Virus record (IMG/VR): IMGVR_UViG_3300037067_013436
Length of the DNA stretch: 20,000 nucleotides
Source: an uncultured virus (IMG/VR IMGVR_UViG_3300037067_013436)
Lineage: Duplodnaviria; Heunggongvirae; Uroviricota; Caudoviricetes
Strand: one strand, 5' to 3'
The notes under the pieces are model-generated. The model was not told the DNA's origin, made no database searches, and saw nothing but the letters and a program-made list of their open reading frames with translations. The position numbers and the translations under genes are program-made. Shown here piece after piece: positions 12,101 to 19,864 of the stretch (positions are counted from its first letter, which is position 1; every line of letters begins with the position of its first letter).

Positions 12101-13526
12101 CGGCACTTCCGGTTTATCTGGTGCGACCGGTTCTACAGGCATTCAAGGTGCAACAGGCATCCGTGGAGCATCTGGTGTTGGTGCCACTGGAGCAACTGGT
12201 GTTGCTGGGGCCACAGGCCCCAGCCAAGGGCCTGTTGGTGCCACCGGTTACACTGGCCCGACAGGATCAACAGGTCCTGCTGGTGCCACAGGCATCAGAG
12301 GAGCAAGTGGTGCTTCTGGTACAGACGGTGCTACCGGTTATACTGGTGCTACAGGTATTCAAGGTGAGACTGGTGGAGCATCTGGTCCGCAAGGCGTTGA
12401 TGGTGCCACAGGCCCTCAAGGCGAAACTGGTGGAGCATCTGGTCCTGCTGGTTCTACTGGTATTTCTGGTGCGACTGGTGCAACAGGTCTCTCCGGCTCG
12501 GCTGGTGCGACAGGCTCGACAGGACCGCAGGGCGTACAGGGTGCATCTGGAGTACAAGGAGAACAGGGTGCTTCTGGCGTTCAAGGTGCTTCTGGTGATC
12601 TTGGTTTAACTGGTTCCACAGGCCCAGAAGGTGCTACTGGAATTGGTGCCACCGGAATGGTTGGTGCCACTGGTGCTTCTGGTGCAACCGGTCCAGAAGG
12701 ATCGACGGGTCCGGTCGGAGCGTCTGGCCCGCAAGGCGAGACTGGCGGTGCGTCTGGCCCAGTTGGAGCTACAGGCCCGCAAGGTGAAACTGGCGGTGCA
12801 TCTGGTCCAGTTGGTTCAACTGGCCCGCAAGGTGAAACTGGTGGTGCTTCTGGTCCAGTTGGTTCAACTGGTGCTACTGGCATCGAAGGAGCAACAGGCG
12901 TAGCTGGTGCGACCGGTATTGACGGTGCTAGCGGTGCTTCTGGTGCCACAGGCGTTCAAGGTGCTTCGGGATTAACTGGTGCAACAGGATCTGTAGGATT
13001 GACAGGAGCTACCGGAAGCACCGGTATTAGAGGAGCAAGTGGTGCATCAGTAACAGGTGCATCTGGTGCATCTGGTGCAACAGGATTCATCGGTGCAACT
13101 GGTGTTGTCGGCTTATCAGGAGCAACAGGATCGACCGGCCCACAAGGTGCGACAGGAGCAGGCTTAACCGGGTCTACCGGAATTGAAGGTGCTACCGGCG
13201 CGACTGGATTAGCTATCGATGGTGCTACTGGTTATACTGGCGCTACTGGATATACCGGTGCAACTGGAATTCAAGGTGACACAGGCGGTGCATCTGGTCC
13301 AGTTGGTCCAACTGGCTCCACTGGCCCTGGAGGCGGTGATCCTGGTGCGACTGGACCCGCTGGAATCGATGGAGCATCTGGACTTGATGGAGCATCTGGG
13401 ACAGCTGGAGCATCGGGTATAGCTGGAGCAACAGGACCGTCGACACTCCCAGAAACACCAGTCACAGATGGTGACTATATATTAAGAGTGACTGACGGCG
13501 TTGCGGCTTGGATGATTCCGACCTAA
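9174..13526 (+). CDS. Collagen-like protein, 1450 aa, with an internal discoidin-like domain
   Basis: AGGT at 9163-9166. N-terminal module paralogous to that of 7423-9027. Gly-X-Y tracts ~9336-10695 and ~11268-13440 flank the domain at 10698-11252. Short C-terminal tail [22 protein letters not shown]. Confidence 0.85.
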   Translation: MDFVKFQSIKLSDAPAQGDNPPPGVVYEWATVVGTDVLTHYRHSDGTDVIESVDGATGATGADGASGLTGATGIGGATGITGSSGAEGATGLTGATGIGASGATGADGATGLTGATGAGIDGATGLSGASGATGIGASGATGADGATGPQGATGVGIDGATGIDGASGATGADGATGLIGATGLTGATGLGASGATGSAGVDGATGINGASGATGTQGASGAIGATGAGIDGATGVDGASGATGADGATGLTGATGAGIDGATGVDGASGATGTDGASGATGTQGASGAIGATGVGIDGATGPQGIDGASGATGVQGASGAIGATGVGIDGSTGVDGASGATGVDGASGATGTQGASGTAGATGTGLDGASGATGIQGASGPQGETGGASGPAGSTGPVGVDGASGTVGATGATGAGIDGASGPQGIDGASGATGVQGASGTAGATGAGVDGASGIAGSTGLDGASGATGPQGETGGASGPSGATGATGSEGVSGATGTVGASGPGTADGAYNSGTTTATGQMTSMTEPAPYEVIVSSTGIIYKEIDNDYLYGWYAFDQITRSIGWGVCIGGSGYTPGDPFETAMWVIYDFSDGQKKVINKYAFYARILNTALPRDWTLSGSNDNSNWTVLDARTGVEPPGSTVTWSDYFTFYNSVAYRYYKIDVTKCTYPYYHQYNSVPYWFAEIGQLKLVEYPMVYGATGYTGATGYTGATGIQGETGGASGPSGATGATGIGATGPQGATGAGVTGATGPTGATGIQGETGGASGPEGPTGASGVQGATGIRGASGASGATGPEGQIGATGIQGETGGASGPSGASGASGATGVQGASGSIGATGLGASGATGLTGATGVQGQTGTGVNGATGSTGPVGATGETGSTGPQGETGGASGPVGASGPQGETGATGPVGLNGASGSTGPVGASGATGLTGASGVGLTGATGPGATGLTGATGVTGSSGPQGETGGASGPAGASGATGTSGLSGATGSTGIQGATGIRGASGVGATGATGVAGATGPSQGPVGATGYTGPTGSTGPAGATGIRGASGASGTDGATGYTGATGIQGETGGASGPQGVDGATGPQGETGGASGPAGSTGISGATGATGLSGSAGATGSTGPQGVQGASGVQGEQGASGVQGASGDLGLTGSTGPEGATGIGATGMVGATGASGATGPEGSTGPVGASGPQGETGGASGPVGATGPQGETGGASGPVGSTGPQGETGGASGPVGSTGATGIEGATGVAGATGIDGASGASGATGVQGASGLTGATGSVGLTGATGSTGIRGASGASVTGASGASGATGFIGATGVVGLSGATGSTGPQGATGAGLTGSTGIEGATGATGLAIDGATGYTGATGYTGATGIQGDTGGASGPVGPTGSTGPGGGDPGATGPAGIDGASGLDGASGTAGASGIAGATGPSTLPETPVTDGDYILRVTDGVAAWMIPT
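10698..11252 (+). other. Discoidin/F5-8 type C-like domain, copy 2
   Basis: Aligns almost without gaps to 490-1041, roughly 55% aa identity by hand count ([33 protein letters not shown], IDVTxCTYP shared). Confidence 0.75.
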
Positions 13527-14632
13527 GAAACAAGAGCACGTTCGATTTCTTTTGATGCATTCTCTAATCCGCCGTCAAAGCGGATCAAACGTGCACCTTT
13601 CTTCATGTTCGCAGTAATCTGCGATTGGAACGAATGAGAGATGAACTTCTTCCACATAATGATAATGTCTGCGGAAGAATCGAACCGGCTGCGGTTCTTG
13701 TCAATGACGTCGACCCTGATCCTGCCCCTCAGAGAGTCGACAACGATTGCGATTTGATCGGCCTTAAAACCGACGAACGCAACCTGAGGAAGCTTGGCAG
13801 GGGCCGCAGCCTTTTCTTGTTGTTGTCGGCGTAACTTCTCTGTCGGCAACTCTGCGAGTAGCCGGGACAACATCGTCAGATTCTCTTCTAATAGCTTAGA
13901 ATGCTGCGTAGTGTGCGAAATCACTCGCATGAAAGCTTGGGCGATGATGGCATCTGGCGAAATGCAGTCAAGGATCGTCTGCTCAGAGAAGCGAGAGCAG
14001 AGATCATATGGCGACAGATTATCGATGACCTTGGTCGTCAGATGTTGAATCTCTTCATCGGTGAGAGAATCGATGACTTCTTGCCGACTTGGTGCCGCCT
14101 TCCGGCGATCGAGTTCAGCTTTCGCTGATTGCAGTTCACGCTCAACATCGAACCACTTAAGGCGATTATATTCGATCAGCCGTTTGTTCAACTCGGTGAC
14201 AAGGCCAGCGTGTGTTGGACGACGTTGCTCTTCCGGCATCATTTTCATGATGCGAGCGGCGAGATTGGTTAGCCCAGTTGTCGGCTCTTTAAGACATAGA
14301 GCAGAAACCCTCGACACTAAGAATTCCCACTCGTCTTCACCCCAAAAGACCTTTTTGGTATTCACACGCATGTTAGCGTGGCCATTGCCTTCATGATTAC
14401 CAACGGGTATAATCGCCGGTTGTAGCGAGCCGTTGGTGTTCTGTAAGGCGATTGAAAGCCTGCCCTTGATCTCGATTTTGCGATGGTCGAGAGTTCGCTT
14501 CAAATCAGCGATCTGCTCTGGCGACATCTTTGATATCGACTTTCCGGCTCTGATTCGATCTGCTTTCGTTGCGGATTGATAGAGGCAGATCCACTCGTCG
14601 GTCGACGGAATGGTGGTCGGCATAGTGACCAT
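13523..14632 (-). CDS. Hypothetical protein, 369 aa, helical/coiled-coil with a DUF2325-like alpha/beta C-terminal domain
   Basis: Long ORF with GAGGA ahead of the ATG and an upstream promoter. C-terminus QVAFVG...[14 protein letters not shown]...RFDGG resembles DUF2325 by eye (low certainty). Stop overlaps the stop of the convergent gene by 4 bp. Confidence 0.7.
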   Translation of the reverse strand: MVTMPTTIPSTDEWICLYQSATKADRIRAGKSISKMSPEQIADLKRTLDHRKIEIKGRLSIALQNTNGSLQPAIIPVGNHEGNGHANMRVNTKKVFWGEDEWEFLVSRVSALCLKEPTTGLTNLAARIMKMMPEEQRRPTHAGLVTELNKRLIEYNRLKWFDVERELQSAKAELDRRKAAPSRQEVIDSLTDEEIQHLTTKVIDNLSPYDLCSRFSEQTILDCISPDAIIAQAFMRVISHTTQHSKLLEENLTMLSRLLAELPTEKLRRQQQEKAAAPAKLPQVAFVGFKADQIAIVVDSLRGRIRVDVIDKNRSRFDSSADIIIMWKKFISHSFQSQITANMKKGARLIRFDGGLENASKEIERALVS

Positions 14633-14683
14633 GAAATATCCTCACGATAAGAGACATAGCGAAACTGGTTAACCACGTGGTCT

Positions 14684-14712
14684 ATTATAACACAATGAGA
14701 GGGCCTTGTGAA
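14684..14712 (-). promoter_or_regulatory. Sigma70-type promoter for the 369-aa gene
   Basis: The minus strand reads TTCACA (14712-14707), 17-bp spacer, TATAAT (14689-14684), with an extended -10 TG (TGtTATAAT). It lies about 50 nt upstream of ATG 14632. Confidence 0.75.
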
Positions 14713-14742
14713 TTATATTTACCCACATCCCTCTCTAGCGGA

Positions 14743-15549
14743 TTATATCGTGAAAACATGATGTACTCGCGGCTTGCCGTATTGGCTAGGTGCCGTGATG
14801 ACTTTTAGATTTGGCACTATGTCGACTTCGCCGCCGCTGTGAGTATGCCCGCACAGAGCAGTCAACTGACATTCAGGGTTTTCTGACGCTACGGCGAGTA
14901 GGACTTTACCAGTAGCTTCACATGCAAAGTACGGAAGAAAATCATCACTAGACATAGCTCCCTCATGCCATGCCGCCTCTTTAAATGGCGGGACATGTGT
15001 AGCGACAATAACATGTTTATATTTCTCGGCTGCTGGATATAATACGAGAGATAGATGCTTTGCTGCTTCGTCACCCAACTTTTCGAGCATTGTGCGAAGT
15101 CTGTCTTTGTCGAGGCTGCCCCTTCTCCAACAGTTTAACTCTTCTATAAGAGTGAAGTCGTTGAGAATGACGCTTGAGCCAGACAAATCGCCGAACCTGC
15201 CATCGGCCCATCCATCATGTCCGAGCAATGCAGTATCGCCAGACAACTCGATGGTCGGTATATTGCTGAGATAGTGAAGATTGCGACTCGAATAGGCAAG
15301 CCTTGAAACCATCCGACGCACATCTTTGATGGAACTTCGATAGAAGTCGTGGTTCCCTAGCACAAAATAGACCGGTTTGTCGTATTTTGTGTCGAAATAA
15401 TGAAGTGTTTCACAAATGTCGGTACTCTCATCGATATCACCAGTTAAGACGAGAGCATCGGCCTTATCTCTGATGATATCAATATATTCGAGAAGCTCGT
15501 TTCTGCTTAAGAAATTCAGATGAACATCACTGGCCCAGGCTAATCGCAT
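14743..15549 (-). CDS. Calcineurin-like metallophosphoesterase (CpdA/Icc-like)
   Basis: All five motifs in order: SDVH, TGD, LGNHD, THVPP, CGHTH. The start overlaps the upstream stop (TAATG). Confidence 0.92.
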   Translation of the reverse strand: MRLAWASDVHLNFLSRNELLEYIDIIRDKADALVLTGDIDESTDICETLHYFDTKYDKPVYFVLGNHDFYRSSIKDVRRMVSRLAYSSRNLHYLSNIPTIELSGDTALLGHDGWADGRFGDLSGSSVILNDFTLIEELNCWRRGSLDKDRLRTMLEKLGDEAAKHLSLVLYPAAEKYKHVIVATHVPPFKEAAWHEGAMSSDDFLPYFACEATGKVLLAVASENPECQLTALCGHTHSGGEVDIVPNLKVITAPSQYGKPRVHHVFTI

Positions 15550-15938
15550 TAATATCCTTCCGATTTGCGAAACTTTTGCACAGCGCTACAAACAGCTTTA
15601 CATTGATCGACGTCGAACATACCGATATGACACTTATCAAGCGGTATATCTAGCGTTCGCGACAGCCACGCATAAGCGCGGCTACGATTCATCATCCCGC
15701 CTTTCCAGAGCTTGTCGAATTTCTCATGTGCTTGTTTCTTCCAATATCGAAGTTCTGGGTTAGCTAAACGCCCAAGCGGCTTTTCTGTCCCTTTCTGGCA
15801 CCCGGCATAAGCATCACATTTCGGCCAGTTAGAGCAAATCCAAACATTGCCGTATGATTTGCCATAAATGATGGAAGAGTCTTTGCAGACCACCTCACCA
15901 CCACAATATGGACATATAGAGGCTTTTGTTTTGCTCAT
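15549..15938 (-). CDS. DUF3268-family zinc-finger protein
   Basis: CPYCG...WICSNWPKCDAYAGC...PLGRLANPELR..KKQAH..FD.LWK...AY.WL...CHIGMFD...C follows the phage-associated DUF3268 pattern. ATGA overlap with the upstream gene. Confidence 0.85.
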   Translation of the reverse strand: MSKTKASICPYCGGEVVCKDSSIIYGKSYGNVWICSNWPKCDAYAGCQKGTEKPLGRLANPELRYWKKQAHEKFDKLWKGGMMNRSRAYAWLSRTLDIPLDKCHIGMFDVDQCKAVCSAVQKFRKSEGY

Positions 15939-16669
15939 AGACGCTCAATTTCGAGATTGTGTTCTTTCGCGATCTCACTACAGTATAGCGGCTCTAATTC
16001 GACGATTGTGCAAGCATAACCAAGAGGCTTGCAGACACGGAGCGTTGTAGCTGTGCCTCCGAACGGATCAAGTATAGTGCCATCATCTGGCGTTGTCATC
16101 TTTAAGCATCGTTCAATCAAGCCTTCATGTAACTGGGTAGGACACCATCTACGACGTTGTTTTGAGTTGCCTGTTACTCGCGGAAAATGAAAGACGTCGC
16201 CAGGCACTCTACCACGAGGATCAGCACGTTTATCACCATTCGCTTGACGCCAAGACATAACTCTGATGTTGTCCGGAAATAATGGTGCATCATGCCAACG
16301 AATTCGTAGTATTGGCCTGAAGTTATTGCCCAAATCCTTCTGGTTGTGCTGGCCGAAAGTGAATACTTGCACGCAATGCTTGTATTCTAATGCTCCACCA
16401 AATTGGCCAACCAAATCGGTTACTATTGGCCCTAACTGGAACGTCCATAGAGCATTATAAGAAAGCCATACAGTTTTAGCACGAAGTACAAAATTATTTA
16501 ACCATTGACGCATCAGCGATATATAGTCGTCACTCGTTATCTTGTCGCAAAATGTGTCATACTTCAGATCGATCCCGTCCGGAGGGTCCGCCATTATAGT
16601 ATCCCATTTGCGATCAGGCACCGATTTTAAATATTCAAGACAATTACCGTTTATTATTTCGTGCTTCAT
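15935..16669 (-). CDS. DNA adenine-N6/cytosine-N4 methyltransferase-like protein (beta class)
   Basis: IINGNCLEYL, motif IV-like ADPPD near the N-terminus, PGDVF...CPTQLHEGLIERCL, and motif I ILDPFGGTATT near the C-terminus (beta order). Confidence 0.85.
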   Translation of the reverse strand: MKHEIINGNCLEYLKSVPDRKWDTIMADPPDGIDLKYDTFCDKITSDDYISLMRQWLNNFVLRAKTVWLSYNALWTFQLGPIVTDLVGQFGGALEYKHCVQVFTFGQHNQKDLGNNFRPILRIRWHDAPLFPDNIRVMSWRQANGDKRADPRGRVPGDVFHFPRVTGNSKQRRRWCPTQLHEGLIERCLKMTTPDDGTILDPFGGTATTLRVCKPLGYACTIVELEPLYCSEIAKEHNLEIERL

Positions 16670-17174
16670 ATGGTAGATGTTTCCATGTTAAATTACGACG
16701 TGCATGATCGATGCAGGCAGGACTCACTAAATAATCCCTAGCGAGCTGCGCTGTACTTTTGTCACTCTTACGAATTGTCAGAACATCTGCTTCGGACAGA
16801 ACGGATTTCCCTGAACTTTCACCCTTCTGATATGTTTTGCCACGACGACCTTTAGAATCCATATCATCCACATTAGCTTTCTGATCCCCTAAAAATAAAT
16901 GTCTTGGATTAACACAACGAGAATTGTCGCAGCGATGTAATACTAAATTGTCGCCTGGGTCGACTCCATAATATAGAAAGTAAGCTATCCGATGAGCGAC
17001 ATATGTGCCGTGAAATATCGAGAATCTACCATATCCGTCTTTATCACATCTTCCTTGCCACTCTATACACGATCCTCTTCGCTTAGTATGTGACCAGAAT
17101 CGGAAAGAGACTTTACCTATATCTATCTGATACAGCGGCACTATTTTCTTGGTTTTACCTTGGTGATTCGACAT
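16644..17174 (-). CDS. HNH endonuclease (HNH_3-like, free-standing homing type) with C-terminal HTH-like domain
   Basis: CIEWQG..DKDGYGRF...AHRIAY...VLHRCDNSRCVNPRHLFLGDQKANVDDM..KGR, followed by LSEADVLTIR...AQLARDYLVS....TWKH. Confidence 0.92.
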   Translation of the reverse strand: MSNHQGKTKKIVPLYQIDIGKVSFRFWSHTKRRGSCIEWQGRCDKDGYGRFSIFHGTYVAHRIAYFLYYGVDPGDNLVLHRCDNSRCVNPRHLFLGDQKANVDDMDSKGRRGKTYQKGESSGKSVLSEADVLTIRKSDKSTAQLARDYLVSPACIDHARRNLTWKHLPYEARNNKR

Positions 17175-17370
17175 TTATTCCGCGCACCGCTTGTTCCGCT
17201 GCTGATACGGCGACTATCGCCGCACAATTCAAGATAGCTGACGAGTATTTTGATTCGTCGAACCAGCAACAGACAACCGAGCCTTCGTTGATTGTGTGAT
17301 CTACTGTCATAATAGGTCCGCCCGACTTCAGACGAACCAAACTGCCACTCTCAAATACTATCTTGGCCAT
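17155..17370 (-). CDS. YodC/DUF2158-family small protein, 71 aa (start corrected from the ORF track)
   Basis: FESGSLVRLKSGGPIMTV...VVCCWF is the DUF2158 signature. AAGGGAGA lies just ahead of ATG 17370. The longer 161-aa call overlaps a plus-strand gene. Confidence 0.85.
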   Translation of the reverse strand: MAKIVFESGSLVRLKSGGPIMTVDHTINEGSVVCCWFDESKYSSAILNCAAIVAVSAAEQAVRGINVESPR

Positions 17371-17457
17371 GGTTTCTCCCTTATTATTAAACACTATCGA
17401 AATACCTAAAACAATTATAGCGATAACGTATGTAAAACTGTAGTTGAAAGATATAGT
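17371..17457. promoter_or_regulatory. AT-rich divergent intergenic region
   Basis: Gene orientation switches here. There is a perfect TATAAT on the minus strand (17419-17414) but no convincing -35 at 16-18 bp. Confidence 0.4.
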
Positions 17458-17643
17458 ATGCACTACGACGAATATAAACCTACCGCAGAAGAGATCGAGA
17501 TAGAGAAAGAAGCAATCAAGCAGCAACGAATAGAAAAACTGAAAAACACCAAGACGGTCAAAAACGCCAGTCGCACCTATCAGAGAAGAATAACCAATGT
17601 TCCAACAGACACCAGACCCGTTGTTGGGTCTAAGTATCAATAG
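17458..17643 (+). CDS. Small charged hypothetical protein, 61 aa
   Basis: First ORF of the plus-strand block, with a helical charged N-terminus (YKPTAEEIEIEKEAIK). No clear SD. Confidence 0.55.
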   Translation: MHYDEYKPTAEEIEIEKEAIKQQRIEKLKNTKTVKNASRTYQRRITNVPTDTRPVVGSKYQ

Positions 17644-18181
17644 TAAATCTCTGATGTTGCCTGAGGAATTGAATGCACTATTTAATCTAGTACCGAGAGA
17701 TGGGATAGTTCTGGAGATTGGAACATTTCACGGTGCTACTGTTGCACAATTAGCCATCAAAAACCCAGGCGTCCTATTTTATAGCGTCGACCCATTATTT
17801 TGGAAGCGGGCAGGGTTAAAATGGTATGAAAACCGGCAACCGAATATGCGCCTGCTTACTGGCACATCTGCTGACCTGATAGTATTGAAAACAGGCCGCG
17901 TCTTTGATCTAATAATTGTTGATGGCGACCATTCCTATGACGCTTGCTACAACGATCTTAAGGTTAGTGAAAAACTGATAAAACCTGGATGCCCAATCGC
18001 TGTCCATGACTATGCGAGAGGAACGTTGCGAAAGACGTTGGCTAGGGCCGTAGTGCGTGCCGTTAACCACTTCTGCAGGGTTCGGAGATATAAGATAAGA
18101 GAAATAGTAGGGACTATGGCAATCTTAGAGGTGAATAATGACCAGAATGAGCCGAAAAGAGAGCCGGATCGAAACGAGTGA
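17597..18181 (+). CDS. Class I SAM-dependent methyltransferase (Methyltransf_24-like)
   Basis: VLEIGTFHGAT, YSVDP, FDLIIVDGDHSYDACYNDL and IAVHDY motifs. The start is uncertain and may be ATG 17654. Confidence 0.88.
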   Translation: MFQQTPDPLLGLSINSKSLMLPEELNALFNLVPRDGIVLEIGTFHGATVAQLAIKNPGVLFYSVDPLFWKRAGLKWYENRQPNMRLLTGTSADLIVLKTGRVFDLIIVDGDHSYDACYNDLKVSEKLIKPGCPIAVHDYARGTLRKTLARAVVRAVNHFCRVRRYKIREIVGTMAILEVNNDQNEPKREPDRNE

Positions 18182-18386
18182 AATCCCGAGACACCAGAAG
18201 AAGGCTCCGAAGAAGAAGCCATATGGAATAGAGTATTTCAGTAATTGGTTCGGCTGCTGGGAATGTCATAACTGGTACGCCACGAAGAAGGCTAGAGATG
18301 ATGCTTTCAAGAATCTAATCACAAAGACGGACGGGCTAACGGGGATGAGAGCTACCAAAATGCCGAGAAAAGTGGATAGAAAATGA
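18138..18386 (+). CDS. Small basic hypothetical protein, 82 aa
   Basis: GAGGTG ahead of the ATG. ATGA coupling to the next gene. Confidence 0.7.
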   Translation: MTRMSRKESRIETSEIPRHQKKAPKKKPYGIEYFSNWFGCWECHNWYATKKARDDAFKNLITKTDGLTGMRATKMPRKVDRK

Positions 18387-19210
18387 GCCGTGTGCTTCCA
18401 ATCGAACCACATGTGAGTAAGCGTCGAAATAATCCGTGCCCATGCGGTAGTGGGCGTAAATTCAAACACTGTTGCATACACAAGAAAGCATATCAAATGT
18501 CAGACACTCCGATAACAGATGCCGCGAAACAGTTAGATATCCAGAAACGTCGTGCCGCAGAAGCTGAATTTTGGGGCAACTGTTATGATATGAACGCTCT
18601 CGGCGAAATCGTCAAGCAAACAACCTATGCCACTGAGATGGGCATTTTTGATGAGTATGGCGATTTGGGCGGCGATATCGACCTGGATGGCGCGTCGGTC
18701 ACGGATATCGGATCGGGACCATGGTCATTGCTTCTGAGATGTTACAACTCTGGTGGATTGATTGCAGTCGATCCGATTCCGTGGCCAACGTCCGTCTTGC
18801 GTAGGTATGCAACCTATAATATTCAGTTCATTCAAAAGGGCGGTGAAGAGATCGGCGACCTTCCGATGGCCGATGAGGTATGGATTTATAACTGCCTTCA
18901 ACATGTCGAAGACCCGCTCTTGGTGATTGCAAACGCCAGGAGAATCGGTAGAAGAATTCGCATCTTTGAATGGCTCAATACACCAACAGATACATATCAC
19001 CTGCACACACTTACTTCGGAAATGCTTATGCAGGCATTCTCTGGAGCGGCGGTGGAGCGTGTGCGGACGATTTCGCTAACAGGCAGATGTTTAGGAACGG
19101 CGTTCGTCGGCAGTTTCGTCGCCAACCCAATCATCAGGTTACACGAACCGAAGATCAAGAAGCCGATAACAGGTCCGGTTCTCGGTAAGACTGATCTTTC
19201 TGGCTATTAA
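18383..19210 (+). CDS. SEC-C Zn-binding motif fused to a class I SAM-dependent methyltransferase domain
   Basis: RNNPCPCGSGRKFKHCC (SEC-C), then VTDIGSGP, IAVDP, DEVWIYNCLQHVEDP and RIFEW. Confidence 0.85.
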   Translation: MSRVLPIEPHVSKRRNNPCPCGSGRKFKHCCIHKKAYQMSDTPITDAAKQLDIQKRRAAEAEFWGNCYDMNALGEIVKQTTYATEMGIFDEYGDLGGDIDLDGASVTDIGSGPWSLLLRCYNSGGLIAVDPIPWPTSVLRRYATYNIQFIQKGGEEIGDLPMADEVWIYNCLQHVEDPLLVIANARRIGRRIRIFEWLNTPTDTYHLHTLTSEMLMQAFSGAAVERVRTISLTGRCLGTAFVGSFVANPIIRLHEPKIKKPITGPVLGKTDLSGY

Positions 19211-19235
19211 CAAACTATTATGATCGTGCTATAAC
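19207..19235 (+). promoter_or_regulatory. Sigma70-like promoter
   Basis: TTAACA (19207-19212), 17-bp spacer, TATAAC (19230-19235) preceded by TG at 19227-19228. Upstream of the GAGGAG SD and ATG 19258. Confidence 0.55.
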
Positions 19236-19257
19236 CTGCTGAAGGTGAGGAGTATTC

Positions 19258-19674
19258 ATGTGGTTTCGACGTAAAAAGCAGGAGCAGACTGAACCGGTCA
19301 GACAGAAGAGAAAACCACGGGAATGGTCGTTCCAAAAGGATAGCTTGATTGATATTCTCAAGCTCTATGATGATATGATGTCATCCATTTCTATCATTGG
19401 CCCAACTATCACTTTGAGGCGGCTGCTACCTAAATATCTGTTTTGGCAGAAAGTCGTCGAAGTCCTCCCGGATACTCGCGGTATCGCCATAAAAGTAGAG
19501 GAGACGAAGGACTGGCGATGCTTGAAGCTGGTGGAAGTCGTGCCGGACGATGAATATGAACCGGAGCCTATTCCGTCACCACCACCGGAGACTGTTGAGC
19601 CGTCACCGCCACCGGAGAGAGCCGAACTCAATCAGCTATTAGACGAAATCGAGGCTAAGCCTGATCTAGGATAA
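19258..19674 (+). CDS. Hypothetical protein, 138 aa, with Pro/Glu-rich C-terminal linker
   Basis: Strong SD GAGGAG. Contains the tandem PSPPPE repeat. Confidence 0.75.
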   Translation: MWFRRKKQEQTEPVRQKRKPREWSFQKDSLIDILKLYDDMMSSISIIGPTITLRRLLPKYLFWQKVVEVLPDTRGIAIKVEETKDWRCLKLVEVVPDDEYEPEPIPSPPPETVEPSPPPERAELNQLLDEIEAKPDLG

Positions 19675-19689
19675 CGAAGCGGAGCTATC

Positions 19690-19854
19690 ATGGGCGAGAT
19701 ATCGCAAGATATGGTTACTGGTCTTTGTTGTTCTCATTGTGGAACATTCTTTGTTACGGAACACGGCTACCCTGTGCTCTGTCACGATTGTTATGATAAT
19801 GAGACGCCAGTAGAAAGGGCAGGACTGCAGCGGGCAACAGAGAACGAACTTTAA
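19690..19854 (+). CDS. Small zinc-finger protein, 54 aa (not in the ORF track)
   Basis: GGAG at 19681-19684. Translates to MGEISQDMVTGLCCSHCGTFFVTEHGYPVLCHDCYDNETPVERAGLQRATENEL*, with two CxxC pairs. Confidence 0.8.
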   Translation: MGEISQDMVTGLCCSHCGTFFVTEHGYPVLCHDCYDNETPVERAGLQRATENEL

Positions 19855-19864
19855 TCACTTGGTT

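Noticed and set aside
1870..13440. CRISPR array or non-coding tandem repeat
   Set aside because: The repeats are codon-phased, degenerate at third positions and inside long ORFs, with no constant repeat plus unique spacer pattern.
1812..13465. Many minus-strand ORFs with PVAP/PEAP repeats and plus-strand Leu/Val/Gln-rich ORFs
   Set aside because: They are antisense or frame-shifted shadows of the GGN-GCN-ACN collagen codons, with no independent evidence of being genes.
13625..14396. Plus-strand ORFs of 69-111 aa opposite the 369-aa gene
   Set aside because: They are fully antisense to a gene that has a promoter and SD, and show no recognisable motifs.
15935..17174. Type II restriction-modification pair (MTase plus HNH)
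   Set aside because: The HNH has the homing-endonuclease layout with a C-terminal HTH-like domain, and the MTase catalytic motif is atypical. Adjacency alone is insufficient.
17371..17640. N-terminal 90 aa of the 161-aa minus ORF, which looks hydrophobic
   Set aside because: It is antisense to a plus-strand gene and an AT-rich intergenic region. The SD and the DUF2158 motif place the start at 17370.
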